The notes: generated from the sequence alone by a model not told the origin. A stretch of DNA of 64,000 bases from Hormiphora californensis (GCA_020137815.1 CM035357.1:5084001-5148000), one strand, 5' to 3'; shown: positions 42,959 through 63,120, counted from the stretch's first letter. Program-made: numbers and translations.

Positions 42959-45900
42959 ATGTTGGACAGAGACGAGCCGGTTTCAAAACGGCCCGATGGT
43001 AAGTTATCATGGAACCAATTTTTAAATTTGTTAGAAACTATCAAAACTATATCTACTGTTTTTCCCCAATTAATCCCCCAATTATTCCTCTAATGCCCCC
43101 CTCCAATTATGTATTTGAATTACATTTCTCCCTTCAGATGGGGCATTCTTCCAGCAGCGGCTGCCAGCCTGGAAACCTGTTATCAACATTCACACTACTA
43201 TACCTGTATTCGCTGTGATCGGCCTGATAATGATCCCCATTGGACTACTTCTTATTACAACCACGGGATCGGTGAGTTTTTTAGACATTTTTAGATTTTT
43301 TGACGGTAAAATTTGTCCCAAAAACTGAGAGGCAATTTTACAACTATTGAACGGCAGGTCGAATAAGAATGTAGTTTCTTGCAATCGATTCAGATTTCAA
43401 TACTGAGAAAGATGAAACTTTCACACCAGGAAAACCAGGAAAAGGAATAGCGTGTGTAGGGATATCTAAGTTTTAGTTGTTCATTTGGTGTGGAAATGTA
43501 GGTGTGATTTGTGTGGAAATGTAGGTGTGATCGAAGTGTGTGATTACTACCGAACAGGGGCATGAAGTTTATGTAGTCTCGTCATGTAGCGTCTGTACTG
43601 TCGTTGTTATTGTAATGAAATGTAACCAATATAAATAATCGATGAAAAATAAATGAATACATATGTTTACTGAAATGTAGTGATGTACACTAACCGGTTT
43701 GAAGATGACATTGTGGTTCAGCACTTGACCAAGATCCATCATCGTCACAAGTCAATATTGCATTCCCCACAAGGATATGGTTGGCAGCACATTCGATGAG
43801 CGTAGTTGTCCCTGTTGGTGAGGCAGCCCAGTTTCCTTGTGTTGATCCCTCAACAGTGAAAGCAGGACACTCTGGTGCTGAATGGAAATAGTAATTTGTG
43901 TGAATTTAATTGCAATTAACAGGTGATATGATTTGTTATGGAAAGCTTGGGTACACGTTGTAGTTCATTATAGTTGAACAAGCTTGCGTGATATAATATT
44001 AAACCACCATTCTGTGCAGTAGGAAAGCTCTTACATCTATACCTGCTCTGTAGAAGTCAGATGCTGTGTCATATTTTGATCTAAACAAGATCTGCTCCAC
44101 CCCACCCTCACCACCCCACCTTGTTACACATGTGCTTAGTGAACTATCTGCGAACAGGTAGTTGAGCACCTCAACATTATTGCATGTGATGATAAGGGCG
44201 GTCTCTGTTTTGATGATCGTCCAGATCTTCTCCACCTCAACCGGGGGTTGCACTGGCAGTTCTTGGTAGCCGCTGGTGCAGTAGCTGATGTCATACTCTA
44301 CTGGGGAAGAGAATTTCACACCCACACGACCTATCACGATGCTGTCCTTGTCGTACATCCTTACCTCGATAACCTCATAACTACCCAGTGTAGAGTCCGT
44401 CTTTATCTGGAGAGGTGTTTCCTCCAGGTCCCAGGGTATTTTCACATCATCCCGTTCTACAGCTGTCCAGTCTGAAATATAATAAATATACTTAGTTAGT
44501 ATTACTAACCAATGAAATGTAACCAATATAAATAATCGATGAAAAATAAATGAATATATGTTTACAACTGTGAAAACTGAAATGTAGTGATGTCCACTAA
44601 CCGGTTTGAAGATGACACTGTGGTTCAGCACTTGACCAAGATCCATCATCGTCACAAGTCAATATTGCATTCCCCACAAGGATATGGTTGGCAGTACATT
44701 CGATAAGCGTAGTTGTCCCTATTGGTGAGGCAGCCCAGTTTCCCTGCGTTGATCCCTCAACAGTGAAAGCAGGACACTCTGGTGCTGAATGGAAATGGTA
44801 CTTTGTGTGAGTTTGGTTGTAATTTAGAGGTGATGTGTTATCGAAAGCTTGGGTACACATTGTAGTGCATTATAGTTGAACCAAGCTTGCGTGATATACT
44901 AAACCACCATGCTGTGCAGTACTAAAGTCATCTTTACCTGATCTGTATAAGTCAGATGCTGTGTCATTAATTGGTCTAAACACAATCTGCTCCACAACAT
45001 CACCACCCCACTTTGCAACACATGTGCTTAGTGAACTATCTGCGAACAGGTAGTTCACTACCTCAACACCATTACATGTAATGATAAGGGCGGTCTCTGT
45101 TTTGGTGAATCGTCCAGATCTTCTCCACCTCCATCCGGGGGTTGCACTGGCAGGTCTGGGAAGTCGCTGGTGCAGAAGCGTATCCCATACTCTATTGGGG
45201 AGGAGAATTTCACAGCCTACACGGCTGGATCATAGCTACCGTCCTTGTCGTACATCTTCACGATTGATCTCCTCATTACTCCCCAATGTAGAGTCCGTCT
45301 TTATCTGGAGAGGTGTTCCCTCCAGGTCCCAGGGTATCTTCACATCCCGCTCTACAGCTGTCCACTCTGAAATACAATAAATATACTAACAGTATATAAC
45401 AAATACGTTTAACACACATTTTATAGTATAGACTACAAAGTCAAAGCATCAAATATTTGTCTAAAGGTGGTATTACGTGACGAACCTAATTACTAATAGA
45501 TGATAACAATGGTCAATGAACACAATACTAAACTCACGTAATGTAAATTAGTGGTATACATTAGATTTAGACCTTACCTGCTAAAGTATAATAGTAGTCA
45601 GATGCTCTGTCATAAATGCTAAAATAGATCGTATCCACAACATCGCCACCCCGTTTTTTAACACAGAAGCTAAGTGAACTATCTGCAAACAGGTAATTCA
45701 GCACCTCCACATTATTACATGTGATGATGAGGGCGGTCTCTGTTTTGCTGATCGTCCAGATCTTTTCCGCCTCCACCGGGGGTTGTACTGGCAGGTCTGT
45801 GGGGCTGCTGGTGCAGTAGTTTATATAATACTGCATTGGGGAGGTGAACTTCACACTCACACCACCGATTTCTTTGCTGTCCTTATCGTACATATTCACA

Positions 45901-48900
45901 GTTATCTTCTCATCACTGCCAATTAGTTCAGAGTCCGTCTTTATTTGGAGAGGTGTTCTCTCCAGGTCCCAGGGTATCTTCACACCCCGCTCTACAGCTG
46001 TCCACTCTGAAATACAATAAATATACTAACCACTAAAATTAGATTACATAACATTTGTTGAACCACCAAGCATCAAATATTTATTTTATATGTATGTGAA
46101 ATTGTGTGACGAACCTGTGAGAACAACTGTTCCACACAATGCAGCTGTAAGGAGCAGTAGACGTATCATGTTAACACCCATATCACTCAGTAAAAGAGCG
46201 AGGGTGTTAAGGAAACTGTTAAATTTTGTGGAACTAAAGAAAGGAAATTCGCTTTTGAAGAATTTCACGTCTGAACAGTGAACACAGAGGGGCGACGTGC
46301 CCAAATAGAACTAGAAGTAGAAAGTTCAGGAAATGAACCACCAAATAGAAAATATACTACTGCGACTCAACCTAATAAACTTTAGAGCTAATTGGAAACA
46401 GTAGATTGAGTTGCAAAACATAGAACTGAGCCCTCTGTGGTAGACGGTAGACAGAGCAGGGAGAGTTACGCCCTCTCTAACTAACTCCGAGTGAATACTT
46501 TCTTACATGTTCTAGGAAACAAAAATAGTTTTTTAATGGCCATTGATAATCTTGATAGAGAACACTACCAGGTAGTGACTACCTCTCTCCTTCAACCCTC
46601 TCTACCCCTCTCCCTCCCCCTCCCACTCCTGGCTCTCCCTCTCTGCCCCTCCCTCCCACTCCTGGCTCTCCCTCGCTCCCTCCCCCTCTCCCATAATGGG
46701 CCGCACCCTCTCTCCCATAATGGGCCGCACCCTCTCTCCAACTGTGTCCAAGTGAATACATTCATCGTTTTCTTAGTTCTACTACTAAAAATAGCCCGTT
46801 GAATCTCAACAATAGCATCCAAACTCAACAACATATTATTTTCCAGGTGAAAGAGGCTAGGGTGGACTACAGCAGATGCGGTGACTGTGAATCTAAACCG
46901 AGTGGAGAGGAGTGTGTGTGTTCCATTGAATTTGAATTGAGTAGCAAGTTTACAGGGCGGGCCTTCCACATGTACTATGGGCTGGAGAAGTAAGTTTTAA
47001 CTAGATTCATACTTCATATTTACTGTTATTCGTCTTCCCCTAGATGACCCTTGACTCCCCCTAGTTACCACTGAACTTCCTAGTTACCATTGCCTTCCCT
47101 AGTTACCACCCCCTTCCCCTCCAGATACTACCAAAACCCCCTAGTTACTCCCTAGTTATCACTCCCCTCCCCTCCAGATACTACCAAAACCCCCTAGTTA
47201 CTCCCTAGTTACCACTCCCTAGTTACCACTCCCTTCCCCTCTAGATACTATCAAAACCCCCTAGTAACTCCTTAGTTACCACTCCCTTCCCCTCCAGATA
47301 CTACCAAAACCCCCTAGTTACTCCCTAGTTACCACTCCCCTCCCCTCCAGATACTACCAAAACCCCCTAGTTACTCCCTAGTTACCACTCCCTAGTTACC
47401 ACTCCCTTCCCCTCTAGATACTATCAAAACCCCCTAGTAACTCCTTAGTTACCACTCCCTTCCCCTCCAGATACTACCAAAACCCCCTAGTTACTCCCTA
47501 GTTACCACTCCCCTCCCCTCCAGATACTACCAAAACCCCCTAGTTACTCCCTAGTTACCACTCCCTAGTTACCACTCCCCTCCCCTCTAGATACTACCAA
47601 AACCCCCTAGTTACTCCTTAGTTACCACTCCCTAGTTACCAATCCCTTCCCCTCCAGATACTACCAAAACCACCGAAAGTACGCCACATCCCGTTCTGAC
47701 AAGCAGCTCCGAGGTTACCCTCTGTATCGGGATGACAACTGTGAACCGTTTGAGAGTGATGTTGATACGGATCAGTATTTTGCACCGTGTGGACTTATTG
47801 CTAATAGCATGTTTAATGGTGAGTCACCTTTCCTTGCTCGACCTTCTCTCACCGAGAATTAACATAACAAGAGTCGCCCACCCGGGAAATTACCCCTCCC
47901 TTGTCAGCGTGCGAAGGTCGCGAGAGGGATTATTTCGTAACCAACCCACCCGCACCCACTACAAAAAAAAACTACAATTTTTCCAAACATTTCCTCTCCA
48001 CTCACATTAGTCATTACTAGTCACTAACATGAATTCTCATACTTGTACGTATTGTTAGTTTGTCTGGCCAGTGTCTGTGAGTGTGTTTGAGTGTAATGTG
48101 TGTGAGCTAGTTATTTGTGGATCGCGTGTGTAAAATACGGGCTGATGGCCGAGTAATAGATTTCCTGGTATTTATCCTTTATCTGGAGAAACAAAGAGAG
48201 GGATAGAGAAAAAGAAAAAGAGAGAAAGAGAGAAAGTGAAAGAGAGAGAAAGAGAGACATGAATTCTTCACCGCTAAGCTATATCTAATCATATCATATT
48301 CTCAGTAGTCATATTCTTACTAATATTTCCACGTAATGATTTGACTTCTACACAGATGCTTAATGACGAAACTGTTATGTTCTATATCTTTCTCTCTTTC
48401 TCCAGCACAAGATATACATACACTTAAGTAGTGCTGCAGTTGTACAATGTACATCTCTAGAGCCATTACGTTTGTGTGCGACTCTCCATACCTCTCTCTC
48501 CCTCTCTCAAGTCTCACACACACTCTCTTCCCCCTACACCCCCCCCCCATATAATCACCTATTCCTCCCACAGACACGTTCCAGTTAGAGTGGGTGTCCA
48601 AGACGGATCATGATGGCACCGTTATTGAAATGAACAAGGAGATAAACTTTACCCGAGAGGGGATAGCATGGCCCTCTGATCATGGGATCAAGTTTAGAAA
48701 TCCCATGGGTGCTGATCTTGTTTCTGCGTTTAACGGTAGGTGTCTGGAAACATGAGTAGTCTTTGTTACATCTTTGTTACATTATCGAATATCTTTTGAA
48801 TTTGGCGTAGTTTGACTGCTTGTTTTTATAATTTGTCATGGCATTTTTCTTTTTTCAGGAACTACCAAGCCACCTGATTGGAGGAAGTATGCCTACGAAT

Positions 48901-49881
48901 TAGACCCACAGAACCCGTCTAACAATGCATTCCTGAATGAACCCTTTATTGTCTGGATGAGAGTTGCTGCATTCCCTACTTTTAGAAAGGTTAGGGGATT
49001 TATACTAAAACACAAGGATTGTTTCTATAACAAATTCAAAACTCTATGGACTCTACCTTCACAAATTTAGCTGTGTCCATTGTACGCGAGACCCCTAATG
49101 TCTCTTTGAGACAAGTTTGCACAGCGAGACAAAAGCCTCTATCTTACCTGGATAACGAAACCGGTTTCCGTGTCCTAAAAATTAGGGGTACATCTTTTTT
49201 GCAAAACAAATTAAATAAATTGATAAACAGAATATAACATGAAAATGCCACCCGAGTACCATTGAATGAAACATCGAGCTTACTTACCCCAACGACAGTT
49301 TTTCGACTTGAATTCCATAACCACCCCGTCCGTCCTCAGTTGTATGGTCGTGTAAGTTTGGAGTTGAACCCTGAGCTGGATGGAGGGTTAGAGGAGGGAA
49401 AATACCGGCTAACTATCGACTACAATTACCCCGTGCTATACTACCACAGCAAGAAGTTCTTTGTTCTCTCTTCCACTAGGTAACAATTTGATAGTTTTGA
49501 ATCGTAGAGAGGGAGATGGAGAGAGGGAAAGAGAGACGGCGGCCGGGGGTTGGAGAGAGACAGAGAAACAGTGGACTCGGACCACATCTCTTCTTTACTA
49601 ACACAAGCCTCCCCCTATTCAGTATATTCGGTGGTAGGAACCTAATGCTTGGAGTTGTCTATCTTGTAGTTGGAATTCTACTTCTCCTGCTCGCTACCGT
49701 ATTCGCTTGTGTCGTCAAAAAGGACTTGTAAGTTAATCTGCCAAATCTCCACATTTTAATTTTGTGACAGCAGCTCAAGAGATATCAGAATAATTTTCTA
49801 GAAAGACATATTCTGTGAACTTGCGTAAATATCGTTCGTCACGTAATCTTACATTCCAGGAAATCGTGTTTCGGCTCGTAG
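42959..49881 (+). CDS. TMEM30A: CDC50/TMEM30 P4-ATPase (lipid flippase) beta subunit, 9 exons
   Basis: Phase-consistent exons 42959-42998, 43138-43271 ([11 protein letters not shown] + TM1), 46847-46989, 47658-47818 ([27 protein letters not shown]), 48574-48735 (GIAWPSD), 48859-48989 ([15 protein letters not shown]), 49340-49479, 49623-49727 (GGRN + TM2), 49860-49881. Confidence 0.95.
43690..46181 (-). CDS. Nested antisense gene in CDC50 intron 2: signal peptide + tandem 143-codon beta-rich domains + CCP/sushi domains
   Basis: Signal exon 46115-46181 ([22 protein letters not shown]); phase-1 domain exons 45578-46006, 44938-45366 (frame-disrupted) and 44043-44471 ([22 protein letters not shown]); CCP exons with stop at 44597-44784 and 43690-43877 (CPAF...C..NH.LVG...LTC..DG.WS...PQC). 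Confidence 0.8.
47055..47671 (+). repeat. Minisatellite whose unit spans the intron 3 / exon 4 junction of CDC50
   Basis: Units of about 53-66 bp: CCCCTCYAG ATACTAYCAAAACC CCCTAGTTACTCCCTAGTTACCACTCCC; ten junction copies including the functional last one. Confidence 0.92.
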
Positions 49882-50339
49882 AAACTAAAAAGGAGAGAGG
49901 AAAAGATATAAACATCGACAATTCCTGGTGGCCAAGTTATTTATTATTGTTGAAAATTAAAATATAGACAGTGTACAGTTATTGGAACTTATAAACACTT
50001 TATTTTGTGTGCTATTTTCTTAACTTATTGTTGTTATTGAATGCCGTGTTGAGAGATGGAGAAAGAGGAGAGAGATACAGAGGAGATATAGAGAGAGTCG
50101 AGAGAGTTCAGAGATAGTTCAAAGAGAGTGAAATAGAAAGAGAGTAAAATAGAGAGAAAGAGATGTATTGTTTATTTGAGGTGCAGGCTGCCTCTTGAAA
50201 TCTCCTTAATTAATATTCATTGTTGCCAAATAATTGTGTCTAATTTTGTTTCCGAAAGGTGAATTTTAAAATAATTTCATCCGGATGTTTTGAAGACGAT
50301 CTTCGCTAATGACGGGTGTTTAACTCTGTGGACTAGCAA

Positions 50340-50640
50340 ACACAGACTTTAGTCCTATGAAAAGTACACTCACCTCCGCGCACATACCCTGCGCGAAGCT
50401 ACTGCCGGCGCGATATTTATAAGTTCACGCTGCAATTGGTAAGACGCGCGGCGCGCTAGAGACACGGAAATTTATATTTTTAAGTTTGTCCCTTTTTTAA
50501 ACTTTTTTTTCTCCGCAAGTCCTTTTTGATTTTTCCTTGAAAAGCGCTGCCTTATCCCGCGCTGCGGGGGCCAGCAACGTTTGCCAAGATTTTTCCCCTC
50601 TTCTTCAAGTGCTCTAAAGATATTCGTTCCTGCTGTAAGC
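50340..50640 (+). promoter_or_regulatory. CpG-rich putative promoter upstream of the FBXO30/40-like gene
   Basis: CGCG-rich, lies between the CDC50 3' end and the FBXO ATG, shares motifs with the RPS29 upstream region. Confidence 0.45.
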
Positions 50641-50731
50641 CGATGAATCTATAACTAATTCTATTCCTTCATAGTTTATGCATGTATTTATTATGATTTG
50701 AAGTGTAGAAATTAACTGGTTGGGTGCAAAC

Positions 50732-57938
<7,207 letters not shown>

Positions 57939-58915
57939 CCAATCAAATGTGAGAGAGATAGAGAAGGGGAATTTTATTGTATTTGACACCACTTGCTGAT
58001 TTTTGAAACTTGAGTTAACTCAATTATAAAATGCTTGTCCTATACCTCTTCAAAGCCTCTACTGTAGAGTATTTAAAAAAGGAAATGTGCGTCTGTCATG
58101 GACACACATATAACTATGCACTGGTTGCTGCAGGGGGAGGTGCTGAAGTTATCAATCAACACTTGTGTGTTTTTAATTCCGAACAAGCTGAACACATTCT
58201 ACACACACAACTCTCTTCATTCCAAATACGGTCATCAATTAGGTCTTATTAGGGCCGGCTCTAATAGTGGTGCAAGACCTGGGAAGCTGCACTACCTTCC
58301 CAATTTGTACAAATCGGTCTTTTGCTCCCCTGCGGGACGAAACCAGGACAAAGCTCAGATCTATTTGTTCCATAAACGTAGCGCGCGAGGTTAGGACAGT
58401 GGAATATCTGGCGCAGCACGCGCATTGTTATGTGATTATGCTGACCACATGTTGACGTGAGAATTTGCTGAGGAGTGAGGATTGCAGTAGCACTTGATGC
58501 CACAGGCCTCGGGTCTTCATTAGCCGACTAGATGCCAGAACCTGGAGATGCTTGACACACTCTGACGGAGATAGTGGGGGCTGTATTCACACTCCTTTGA
58601 TAGCTAGCCGTGACCCATCAATCCGATTTGTTCGATTTGAACTTCAAATTCAAACAACTATCGGTTAACCATGGTTCAATAAAACTTAGGAAACAATCAT
58701 ATCATAACCAGTTAAAACATACACACATTGTCTAGATGTCTGCCTTCACAAAACACCCTTGCATACTACGCTGTCTTGCATCTTGCTACACTAATCTCTC
58801 TATCTTTCTCTCATTCTATCTTTCTCTCCCTCTGTTTCTGTATCATTCTCATCGCCAATTTGTCCTCTGAGTGTATGTTTTGCGTGTAGTGTGTAATCAG
58901 TAGTGGTCTATCAAA

Positions 58916-60512
58916 ATGTCAGATGCGGAGCAGCCTGCAGAAGGGGCTGAGGAAGGGAAAAAGAAGAAGGAGAAGAAGAAGGAGGATGGGGAGGGAGGAG
59001 AAGAGGGTGGTGGTGAGGAAGGGGAAGGAGAGGAGAAGAAAAGTGAGGAGGGGGATAGTATTAGTAGGTCCATTATGGATTATATAATGCCTGCGAAGGA
59101 AATGGTGGCCAAGATGACAAAAAGAAGACGGTTTGTGATAATTAGTGATTGTAGTGACCCAGAGTACCTCCACCAACTTGAGGAATCGTTTGTTCATGTG
59201 AGTAATAGGACAAAGGAACTTTTAGCTAAGTATATATCCCATCAAATAATCATTGGTCAACCATGCCTAAAAATGATTAACTATGCCTAAAAAGTAATCA
59301 ACTATAATACTTAGATTTAGAAGGCTTTCCTTTTCCCTGTTCCCAGAAAGCAGATATTCTGGATGACGAGATGTATCATTTTAATTTATCTGGGAACCTC
59401 CAACGAGGCCGAATAACTCGATACCTCATGAGATCTACACACAACGAGGAATTTCCTTACATCTTCATTGTACGTTACCAAATGAAACCAAATTATTGCC
59501 CAAATATTACCAAATGTTACTAAAGATGGCTAGAAAGCGAGATAGATCTTCACATTTAGACAACCCAAAACCTTGATACCGAAGTTACCCCTCCCTTGCC
59601 GGCACTAACCAGCCCCAACCCCAGGACGGGGAGTATTTCCAGTCACTCGATGTGTTTCTAGAGCTGGCAGAGAAGGATAAACTACACACCAAGGTTCACG
59701 GATTCGGAAGACCCTTTGAGCTGCAGACTGCCCGTATTTCTTATACAGCCGGGAATGTGTCACAGGTATTATAGGCTCTTTTTGGCAAGCTACACCTGTC
59801 AGAGCATTGGCCTGAGTCCTGACCCTACTCTCATTGGCCTGACCCTACTCTCATTTCGAAAGTGGGGAGAGGGGGTTGTAAACCACCTGATTTATCTACA
59901 GGCAGTTAGTGAGAGCGTGGTAGAGGGAGTGAGGTCAATGGCAGAGAAGATTGGAATCAGAGAACCAGACACAAGAACCGAAAAGGAAAAAGAGGTACTC
60001 AGCTAGTTGATCAACCCCCAGAAAATTACCGAAAATTCCCCCAATCACTTACTTTATACGATCCTACAACACGACATTTTCATTTTCCTTTCCATTCAGA
60101 AAGATCGAAGAAAGAAGCGGGCAGCCAAGTTAAAGAAGGAAAAAGAGAAGGAGAAAGCTGCCAAGAAGGCGAGGATCAAACGAAAACTTTGGATCAAAGC
60201 CAAGAAGAAAGTTGTCAGATTGAAACTCGCTTCAATAGGTACTGGTCATGGTACCTAGGTGCAGTTTTGGGTAGCAGCGGGGTTTGGGTATTGGCTAGTT
60301 TTGTATCGTCATCCCCAGCCCATGATAGTCTAGGGGTTGGGTAAAAGATATAGCATAAAATCCTTTTTTCAGGAATAAAACTGCCGGAAGAAGACAAGAA
60401 AGCGAAGGCGCGGAAAAAGAGGGAAAAGAAAAAGAAACAACAAGAGAAGGCGAAGGCAGAAAAAGCCAAGAAATTGGAGAAAGAAAAAGAAGCTGCCGCA
60501 AAAGGGAAATGA
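58916..60512 (+). CDS. Lys/Glu-rich protein with a central degenerate glutaredoxin-like domain, 6 exons
   Basis: Phase-consistent exons 58916-59197, 59347-59469, 59625-59765, 59902-59994, 60100-60238 and 60373-60512; segment YLMRSTHNEEFPYIFIDGEYFQSLDVFLELAEKDKL resembles the Grx TVPxIFIxGxxIGGxDxLxxLxxxGxL region. Confidence 0.8.
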
Positions 60513-60684
60513 AGAATAAAAAAGATTGTTGAGAGTTTGTCAGTCTGTCAGGGTGTGCTGGTCAGATCTCTGTCTGGCTCTAACTCACTAAAATACTGTC
60601 TGGCGGCGCCAACCCGGTCCGATCTGGGGGAAATGTCGAATCAAAACGGGGTCTGGCGCCGCCAGTTCACTAAAATAAATAACT

Positions 60685-62039
60685 GTAGACAAAGGACTGT
60701 AGTAGTAGTAAACACACATGTTTTACAGTCTGTGAAGGAAAAAGAAGACAGCGAATTTAGACAGTTGTGACACCAACTTAGTCTTTGTGCATAAACTGAG
60801 TAAAGTGTTAATATTCAGATATTTAGATATTCAAGGCAAGATTTAGGGAAGCCTAGCCTTCAACTTGTTATGTTATAACCCTGGCCCTCCTTATGGGGGG
60901 GGGGACGGAGAAGGACGGTCGAACAAAGCTAGCCTAACGGCTAACACACCACTACGTTTTCAGCATACAGTTACAGCTACAATCCTGCTCACCCGAACCC
61001 CCAAATGCAATGGTACAAGACGGGATACAGCCAGATTAATCAAGTCAGACGACCACCCTTCATGAACCCAGTTCCATCATATCTACAGAATAGTGCAGCC
61101 TATACTCCTCCACCCCTCCTGCATTGGACGAGACCTGTGTATCTGATAGCACATAAACTACCTGATAAAGACAAGGTGAGAAGTGATGATTCGTGTATTT
61201 TACCTCTTTTTACTAGTCGTATAATTGTATATGCTGTGATAGTGTGATAAACTACCGCAATATTTCATGTCACAACTGTCAGAGCATTGGCCTGACGCGA
61301 GCGAGAACTGTGGTCAGAACATTGGGCTGACAGTGTCACAACAAACCGAGTTCAAATCGGCGAGTTGTATTTTTGCAATAGTACTTGTGCGAGTGAACTC
61401 TGGTGTATATCGAGTACTTGACAGCTCGGGAGATTTCAATTGTTCTCTCCCTTAATTAGTATAGAAGTGCTAACATGTGTGTATCATAGGATAGGACAAG
61501 CTGTTACTGTTAGCGAGTATATTGGACCAGTTCTTCTACACTGAACTGTCTAGTAGTGCTCTCACTTTCTCTTTCTCAAACTCCCACTTTCTCTGAAACA
61601 TAGACTGTTTATTTTCCTTCAATACCATCTCCACAAGCTACCCCTCTCTCTCTCTCTCTCCATTCCACGTGGGGAGAGAGCTTTTCACTCGCTTGAGCTA
61701 GTGAAATGGGTGTTGAAGTAACTTAGAAAGAGAGCTGAGAGAGCTGTGTGTGGGCTGGTGGAGGGGATCAGACTTGGAGGGGATCAGAGAGTAGAGACTC
61801 AGAGAGAGGGAGAGGGGAACGAGAGCAGAGCTATAGATGATACACAGAGTGTAGTAGCTGGCATACGGACAAAAGGAAAAGATCATGACCGGGTCCTGGA
61901 ATACCCCTTACCCCTGGTTTTTGCTCTCTTTTATGTAGATTGGACTCAATCTCCACCAAGATTTCAATATACGGAACTAATCTAATCGGTCGTCTGTGAG
62001 AGTGTACCCCTCACTTCCTCCTTTATTTCCTTCAAAAAA

Positions 62040-62099
<60 letters not shown>

Positions 62100-62760
62100 T
62101 GAGGTGTGTCTCCTTATGTACCCGGGATATACACTAAGCTAAGGATACTTAGTGTTTTAATAACCTGAGACCCCTGCATCTTTCCTACGCGCCAATACTT
62201 GATCTTTAGCTAATGTCTAGGCTACCCTACCAACTCCTTGCCTTGCTCGACCCCCTCTCGAGTCTCGGCCTTTCAGCTTTCTGTCTCTCTCTCAACTCTC
62301 TATCCACGGGCAAAACACCCACTCCTTCACCTTCTTCGCTCTTAATCAAAAATCCTACTTAATTTGTTAGTTCCTTCTCTAAGGTAATTACTAATTAATT
62401 CCCCCAGGTGTTGTGACAGAAAGGCCACTCCCACTGGAGGCAATAAATGTGGCCGTGTGTCACTGAAAGAGGACCACCAAAAATCGGAGCAGTGTGTCAG
62501 AGTCGAGACATCTTTCTCTTGTTACAATGTCATTGCCATCAACAATCTCCCTGTGTTACAAAGGTACAAACAAACAAACTTGGTAACGATTACACAGTTT
62601 CTTGTTTTTATGACAGCCTCAAAACAAACTATTTCGAATCAAACAGAACAAAAGTTTCAGTAGTACCCAGACAAGGTGATTATACACAATGTAGAAACTA
62701 ACAATAACATATTGACCTGTATGGCGGCGCCATACCCCAATTTGATTCTCAGTGCGCTCA
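60685..62760 (+). other. Diverged duplicate of about 51972-54122 including FBXO exons 5 and 6 (allelic haplotig or partial segmental duplication)
   Basis: Colinear high similarity with indels; the exon 6 copy has small indels near 62447-62465; ends at the assembly gap. Confidence 0.85.
61276..61333. mobile_element. 58-bp CTGTCAG-family element, absent from the paralogous site near 52552
   Basis: 8-bp TSD TGTCACAA on both sides; single TGTCACAA at the empty site. Confidence 0.85.
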
Positions 62761-62768
62761 GAAAAAGA

Positions 62769-62868
62769 NNNNNNNNNNNNNNNNNNNNNNNNNNNNNNNN
62801 NNNNNNNNNNNNNNNNNNNNNNNNNNNNNNNNNNNNNNNNNNNNNNNNNNNNNNNNNNNNNNNNNNNN
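62769..62868. other. Assembly gap (100 N)
   Basis: Run of N. Confidence 1.
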
Positions 62869-62961
<93 letters not shown>

Positions 62962-63120
62962 CTCCCTCTCTCTCTCATCTCTCTCCTCTCTCTCTCCCCT
63001 CTCTTTCTCTCTCTCTCTTTTGTGCAAGTATATTTTGCAACAACCCTCGGTGACCAGGAAATGCTGAAGGCTGTGCACTAGTCATCTCCCCTCCATCCCT
63101 CTCTCTTTTTGCAATGTGTT

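Noticed and set aside
47055-47671. CRISPR-like appearance of regularly spaced repeats
   Set aside because: No unique spacers, no cas genes, eukaryotic intron; it is a minisatellite
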